Source: an uncultured delta proteobacterium
GTDB lineage: Bacteria > Desulfobacterota > Syntrophobacteria > Syntrophobacterales > Syntrophobacteraceae
Reading direction: 5' to 3'
Assembly (NCBI GenBank): GCA_963808625.1
Contig: CAWEHK010000038.1
Location: 24,825 to 88,824 of the forward strand
DNA length: 64,000 bases
Below are positions 59,796-64,000 of this stretch, one piece after another; the stretch's first letter is position 1, and each line of letters starts with the position of its first letter. The notes beneath the pieces are model-generated. The model saw only the letters and a list, made by a program, of their open reading frames with translations. It was not told the origin of the DNA and did not search any database. The position numbers and the translations under genes were made by a program.

Positions 59796-60608
59796 ATGGA
59801 GCAGCGGGCAGCGGTTCTGAACTGTCGCGAAGCAGAAGACAATGAGGTTGTCACATGCCGAAAACGCAAACGATCGTTGCTCGTGGACCCCGACGACCTG
59901 GCATTCAGGGCCGCGCAATTACTCAAAACCGCCGCTCGGGCAAATGTTGACCAAAAGGGGTGCTTTGTGGTCGCGCTCTCCGGAGGTTCAACACCGCGCG
60001 GGATGCATCGACTTCTGGCCAGTCCCCCGTTTCTAACCGAAGTTCCCTGGGCGCAGACCCATCTGTTCTGGGTCGATGAACGCTGTGTTCCGGCAAGCGA
60101 CCCGGAAAGCAACCTCGGTATGGCCTGGAGAGACTTGCTGCAATATCTTCCCCTGCCACCGGAGAACACTCATTTTGTGAGGGGAGACTTTCCCCCTGAG
60201 GAAGCGGCTGAAGAGTACCAAATGGAGTTGACCCGCTTTTTTCAGCTTGGAGAAGGCGAATTTCCCGTATTTGATCTCATCTTCCTCGGGATGGGAACAG
60301 ACGGCCACACGGCGTCCCTTTTCCCCGAGGCAAGGGCACTGCATGAAGAGAGCAGACTGGTGGTAGCCGTCAAAGGGGGCACCCCCAACGTTAGCCGGGT
60401 CACCCTGACTTACCCGGTTTTGAATCGGGCGCGCCGAATCGTTTTTCTGGTGGCTGGGGGAGAAAAAGCAGAGATGGTTAAAGCCTTGTTGGAAGGCGCC
60501 CGGCCCGAATTGCCGGCAGCGAAAATCAAGCCCTTGCAGGGAGATGTGATCTGGCTCCTGGACCAGGAAGCGGCTTCTTTGGTCGATATCCGAGATTCAC
60601 TGGGTTAG
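59796..60608 (+). CDS. pgl: 6-phosphogluconolactonase
   Basis: ALSGGSTP, FWVDERCVP, SN, LGMGTDGHTASLFP, RVTLT. Start uncertain. Confidence 0.95.
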   Translation: MEQRAAVLNCREAEDNEVVTCRKRKRSLLVDPDDLAFRAAQLLKTAARANVDQKGCFVVALSGGSTPRGMHRLLASPPFLTEVPWAQTHLFWVDERCVPASDPESNLGMAWRDLLQYLPLPPENTHFVRGDFPPEEAAEEYQMELTRFFQLGEGEFPVFDLIFLGMGTDGHTASLFPEARALHEESRLVVAVKGGTPNVSRVTLTYPVLNRARRIVFLVAGGEKAEMVKALLEGARPELPAAKIKPLQGDVIWLLDQEAASLVDIRDSLG

Positions 60609-60680
60609 TGCTTGTCAGTGCTTGGGCCTTCAGCCTTTTGAGCAAAGGGGAAGGACCAGAAAACGTCTTAACAGGGGGCA

Positions 60681-62402
60681 GTGATGGTCAGGTCCAGGGT
60701 CTTTTTTGCACTGTTGGTTTTCCTTGTGTTTCTTGGGGCCCCTGATTGTCCGGCGCAGGAAAGCACCACCCCTTCGGAATCGCACACAAACGCACCCCAG
60801 GGATATCCTGTCATGCTCGGTAATCAAATCCTCTTCACCATCACCCAGGAAGTCGAAGGATATTTGCCCGAAGATCGTGCAAACGGCATGTCTGAGAGGA
60901 TAAAACGGATTGCCGATGATCTCAGTGTTCCCATCAGCGCTGTGAAAACTTTCAGCTTCGACATACCGATTTCAGTGATTTCCGCCCGGAATATTCTGCT
61001 TGCCGGCTTTTCCGCTCAGGATGCCGGGGCCGTCGGGCTGACGAAGGAGGAACTTGCCGCAAAATACGCGGAGAAACTGCGCATTGCCATGGAAGCATAC
61101 CGCAAGGAACGCAGCCTGGGGAGCATCATCTCCGGCACACTTTACACCGTTGTGGCGACCGTCGCTCTGATCCTCATTCTGGTTTTGCTGCAGAGACTCT
61201 ACCGGAAGATCGACGCAGCAATCCTGACTCGCGTTCATCCACGCATTCGCTCGGTTCAGATTCAGTCTTTTGAGCTTGTGCGAGCGGAGCATCTCAGGGC
61301 CGGATTGTTGGGAGCCGTGAAGTTCATCCGTTTTTTTATCCTTCTGCTCGTCGGGTACACCTATGTGCAGCTTGTGCTGGGCTTTTTCCCGTGGACCCGG
61401 CCGCTCGCCAACGAACTCCTCGATTACGTCCTGGTGCCCCTCGCCGCCATCGCGGGGGCGGTCGCCACTCGTGTTCCCGACCTTATCTTTATCGTCATCC
61501 TGGTGATTATCGCGAGATACCTGCTGAAGATCATGAAATTCTTCTTCCTTGAGGTCGAAAAAGGGACGGTCAAGCTCTCGGGCTTCTATCCCGAGTGGGC
61601 CAAACCCACTTACAAGATCCTCAGCCTTCTGGTGGTTGCCTTTTTTGCCGTGGTTGCTTTTCCCTTCATTCCCGGTTCCAGTTCGTCCGCTTTCAAGGGA
61701 ATCTCCATCTTTCTGGGTGTGCTCTTTTCCCTTGGCTCCCAATCCGCAATATCCAACATCATCGCCGGGTTGGTTTTAACCTACAGGAGGGTCTTCAGGG
61801 TTGGCGACAGGGTCAAGATCGCCGAATTCACCGGGGATGTCGCTGAAATCCGCCTTCAAGTCACCACCCTGCTTACGATCAAGAATGAGGAAGTGGTCAT
61901 TCCCAACGCCGTGATCCTGAACAATAGTGTGATCAATTACAGTGCCCGGGCGAGGGACAAGGGACTGATCCTCCATACCGGCGTGACCATCGGTTATGAC
62001 GCGCCCTGGCGCAAGGTCCATGCGCTCCTGCTGAGTGCCGCCGAACGCACTCCGGGTTTGCTGCGCGAACCGGCTCCCTTCGTGCTCCAGCAGTCGCTAG
62101 ATGACTTTTATGTCGCTTACGAGGTGAACGCCTATACGGATAACGCCCAGGAAATGGCGCGGATCTATTCCGAGCTGCACGAAAACATCCAGGAAGCCTT
62201 CAACGAGGGCGGGGTGGAAATCCTTTCTCCACATTACACGCAGATCCGTGACGGAAACAAGGTGACGATACCGGAGTCTTATCTTCCGAAAGACTACGCG
62301 CCGGCGGGCTTCAGGATTGTTCAAACCGGCGGCGCAAGAGGAAAAGACGAGCAAAAGAGTCAGGTTCGTGACAGAGAAACCGCCAACAGTATTTATCGTT
62401 GA
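60681..62402 (+). CDS. MscS-family mechanosensitive channel
   Basis: Signal peptide, TM helices, [14 protein letters not shown]...FRVGDRVKI...[21 protein letters not shown]. Confidence 0.92.
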   Translation: MMVRSRVFFALLVFLVFLGAPDCPAQESTTPSESHTNAPQGYPVMLGNQILFTITQEVEGYLPEDRANGMSERIKRIADDLSVPISAVKTFSFDIPISVISARNILLAGFSAQDAGAVGLTKEELAAKYAEKLRIAMEAYRKERSLGSIISGTLYTVVATVALILILVLLQRLYRKIDAAILTRVHPRIRSVQIQSFELVRAEHLRAGLLGAVKFIRFFILLLVGYTYVQLVLGFFPWTRPLANELLDYVLVPLAAIAGAVATRVPDLIFIVILVIIARYLLKIMKFFFLEVEKGTVKLSGFYPEWAKPTYKILSLLVVAFFAVVAFPFIPGSSSSAFKGISIFLGVLFSLGSQSAISNIIAGLVLTYRRVFRVGDRVKIAEFTGDVAEIRLQVTTLLTIKNEEVVIPNAVILNNSVINYSARARDKGLILHTGVTIGYDAPWRKVHALLLSAAERTPGLLREPAPFVLQQSLDDFYVAYEVNAYTDNAQEMARIYSELHENIQEAFNEGGVEILSPHYTQIRDGNKVTIPESYLPKDYAPAGFRIVQTGGARGKDEQKSQVRDRETANSIYR

Positions 62403-62992
62403 CGATGATTTCTCATTCCGCGATTCCCTGGAGTTTCTGCTGGGGGCTCGGGCCTGGAGGTCAGGAGCTTTCCCTCGGCCCGGGATTTTCTCGAGGCGCC
62501 GATCCTGGAGCGTCCGGCTGCCTCCTGCTCGACGTGCGCATGCCCGGAATGAGCGGCCTCGACCTTCAGCATGAATTGGTCAACGCGGATATTTCCCTCC
62601 CGATCATCTTCATTACCGGACATGGCACGGTCCCCATCAGCGTCCAGGCCATGAAAGCGGGGGCGGTGGACTTTCTCCAGAAACCGTTCGATGAGCAGGA
62701 TCTTCTCAACGCGATTCACCAGGCTATCGAGCAGGATCGGCAGACAAGACGGGAAAGAGACAAGTTGCGAGAGATTCAACAGCGAGTCAACTCCTTGACA
62801 CCCCGGGAGTATGAAGTTTTCACCCTCCTCGTTTCCGGGATGCTGAATAAGCAGGTGGCTTACCGGCTTGGAACCACCGAACGGACCATCAAGGCCCACC
62901 GCAGGCGAATTATGGAAAAGATGGAAGCTGAATCGCTGGCCGACCTGGTCCGCCATGCGGAGAAGCTGGGTGTCGGCAAACCGCGCGACTAG
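62368..62992 (+). CDS. FixJ/LuxR-family response regulator (frameshifts in the 5' part)
   Basis: [37 protein letters not shown]...[16 protein letters not shown]. Confidence 0.9.
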
Positions 62993-63016
62993 CCCCCTGA
63001 CCGACAAAATACCCCT

Positions 63017-63034
63017 ATTGTACCAAAGTACAAT
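63017..63034. promoter_or_regulatory. Perfect palindrome, candidate regulator binding site
   Basis: ATTGTAC-CAAA-GTACAAT between two response regulator genes. Confidence 0.5.
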
Positions 63035-63088
63035 TTACCCGTACTGCTCACCTAATCTAGACTGAAGCGGTGCGGGAGCTTCCTCCAA

Positions 63089-63220
63089 GAGGGTGTCTCA
63101 TAAGTCCCTCAATCTCGTCACCCCGGCGAACGCCGGGGTCCAGAAATCCTTGAAAAACCTGGATTCCGGCTTTCGCCGGAATGACGAAAAGTGGATCAGC
63201 TCAACTTTTTGGACATGCTC
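63089..63220 (+). mobile_element. 132-bp MITE-like unit (GAG..TGTC..A.AAGT ends, CAA on both flanks) carrying the CGTCACCCCGG/CCGGAATGACG palindrome
   Basis: Left end gagggtgtctcataagt; right end (reverse complement) gagcatgtccaaaaagt. Confidence 0.75.
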
Positions 63221-63270
63221 CAAGCGAACCTCATTTTAGCTGGAATAGAACCTCATCGGAATAATTGCCC

Positions 63271-63660
63271 ATGACTGGAAATGAGTGCAGGGTCCTTGTC
63301 GTAGACGACGATGAATCGGTCCTCGACTCGTTGAGACTCCTGTTCGAATCAGCGGGATATCGGAGTACAGGCTTTGGTTCCGCCGAAGAGCTGCTCGAGT
63401 CCGGATTGGTGGAAAGCGCCTGCTGCCTCATCCTCGATATTGAGCTGCCGGGAATGAGCGGCTTTGCCTTGCAGGAGGTCCTGACCGCATCGCGAACCCC
63501 AGTTCGCGTCATCTTCATAACCGGCCATGACCGTCCCGGGATGGAAGCACAGGCCCTGAGCCTTGGGGCTATGGCCTATCTGCGGAAGCCTTTCGTTGGG
63601 CAGGCCATACTCGATGCGATTCAACCTGCCTGCACGAAGGGGGGTGAGACAACATCATAG
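63271..63660 (+). CDS. Single-domain response regulator receiver protein
   Basis: VLVVDDD, CLILDIELPGMSG, FITGH, YLRKPF. Confidence 0.9.
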   Translation: MTGNECRVLVVDDDESVLDSLRLLFESAGYRSTGFGSAEELLESGLVESACCLILDIELPGMSGFALQEVLTASRTPVRVIFITGHDRPGMEAQALSLGAMAYLRKPFVGQAILDAIQPACTKGGETTS

Positions 63661-63841
63661 GGCACCATGTCCATTGGAGACCTCCTCACTTACGGAGAAA
63701 CATTTGCAGGAGGCAACCATTGCAGGGAGAGGATGAGGTCATGAACAGGCTAAAGGTGGTTGCAGTTGCTCTTTTGCTGATGACACTGGCGACTTCCGGT
63801 TGCGCTGGAGCGGGTAATTAAACCATCGGGGGCCGCATATG

Positions 63842-64000
63842 ATGGGGTGTAATGGTGATGTCCCAAGTCCCTATCCACCATACTGTCATCCCCAAGCCGA
63901 TTAGAACCGGTCGTAAATTACCACGGCAAGTTCCGGCCTTGTGTCGGGCGGGGCGTAAAACCCACGGGTAGGAATTCAACTTGCCGGTCCTCGAAACCAC
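63842..64000 (+). mobile_element. Probable non-coding left end of an IS110-family element (continues beyond the window)
   Basis: atggggtgtaatggtgatgtcccaagtcc...tactgtcatccccaagccgatta..accggtcgtaaattacc..gcaagtt resembles IS110 left ends as recalled. No transposase in the window to confirm. Confidence 0.45.

Overview
About 60% GC bacterial chromosomal window, probably from a Desulfobacterota (deltaproteobacterial, Syntrophobacteraceae-like) genome; this taxonomy is inferred from gene style only. The housekeeping backbone is an RNase II-family gene (partial), a cell-wall amidase, mutS, a double-length uvrA, an HpnN-like MMPL transporter, an HI0933-family flavoprotein and gnd-zwf-pgl. Accessory genes include an arylsulfatase, a DUF1254/DUF1214 protein, pqiA/pqiA/pqiB/pqiC, two MscS channels, an octaheme cytochrome c with HEAT/TPR repeats, sensor kinases with FixJ-type regulators, a Na+/solute symporter, and a Cys-rich repeat IPTL-CTERM surface protein. 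Many genes carry single-base frameshifts, most likely assembly indels. The most striking content is non-coding or decayed. (1) About ten 100-160 bp MITE-like units, in which IS-type terminal inverted repeats enclose interchangeable palindromic cargo (three REP types or 9-mer arrays); they stack at TTA/TTAG sites and one sits inside uvrA. (2) Strand-polarised 7-nt tandem arrays, several in-frame inside uvrA and the amidase, two of them tied to 34-40 bp local duplications. (3) Toxin-antitoxin modules followed by attC-like sites with no integrase in view, plus a group IIC intron 3' remnant, one block splitting zwf from pgl. (4) A diverged 1.68 kb direct repeat of the uvrA 3' end around 3.7 kb of cargo. 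(5) A probable IS110 non-coding left end at the right edge. No rRNA, tRNA, CRISPR array, integrase or intact transposase was seen. All calls come from reading the sequence; no searches were run.
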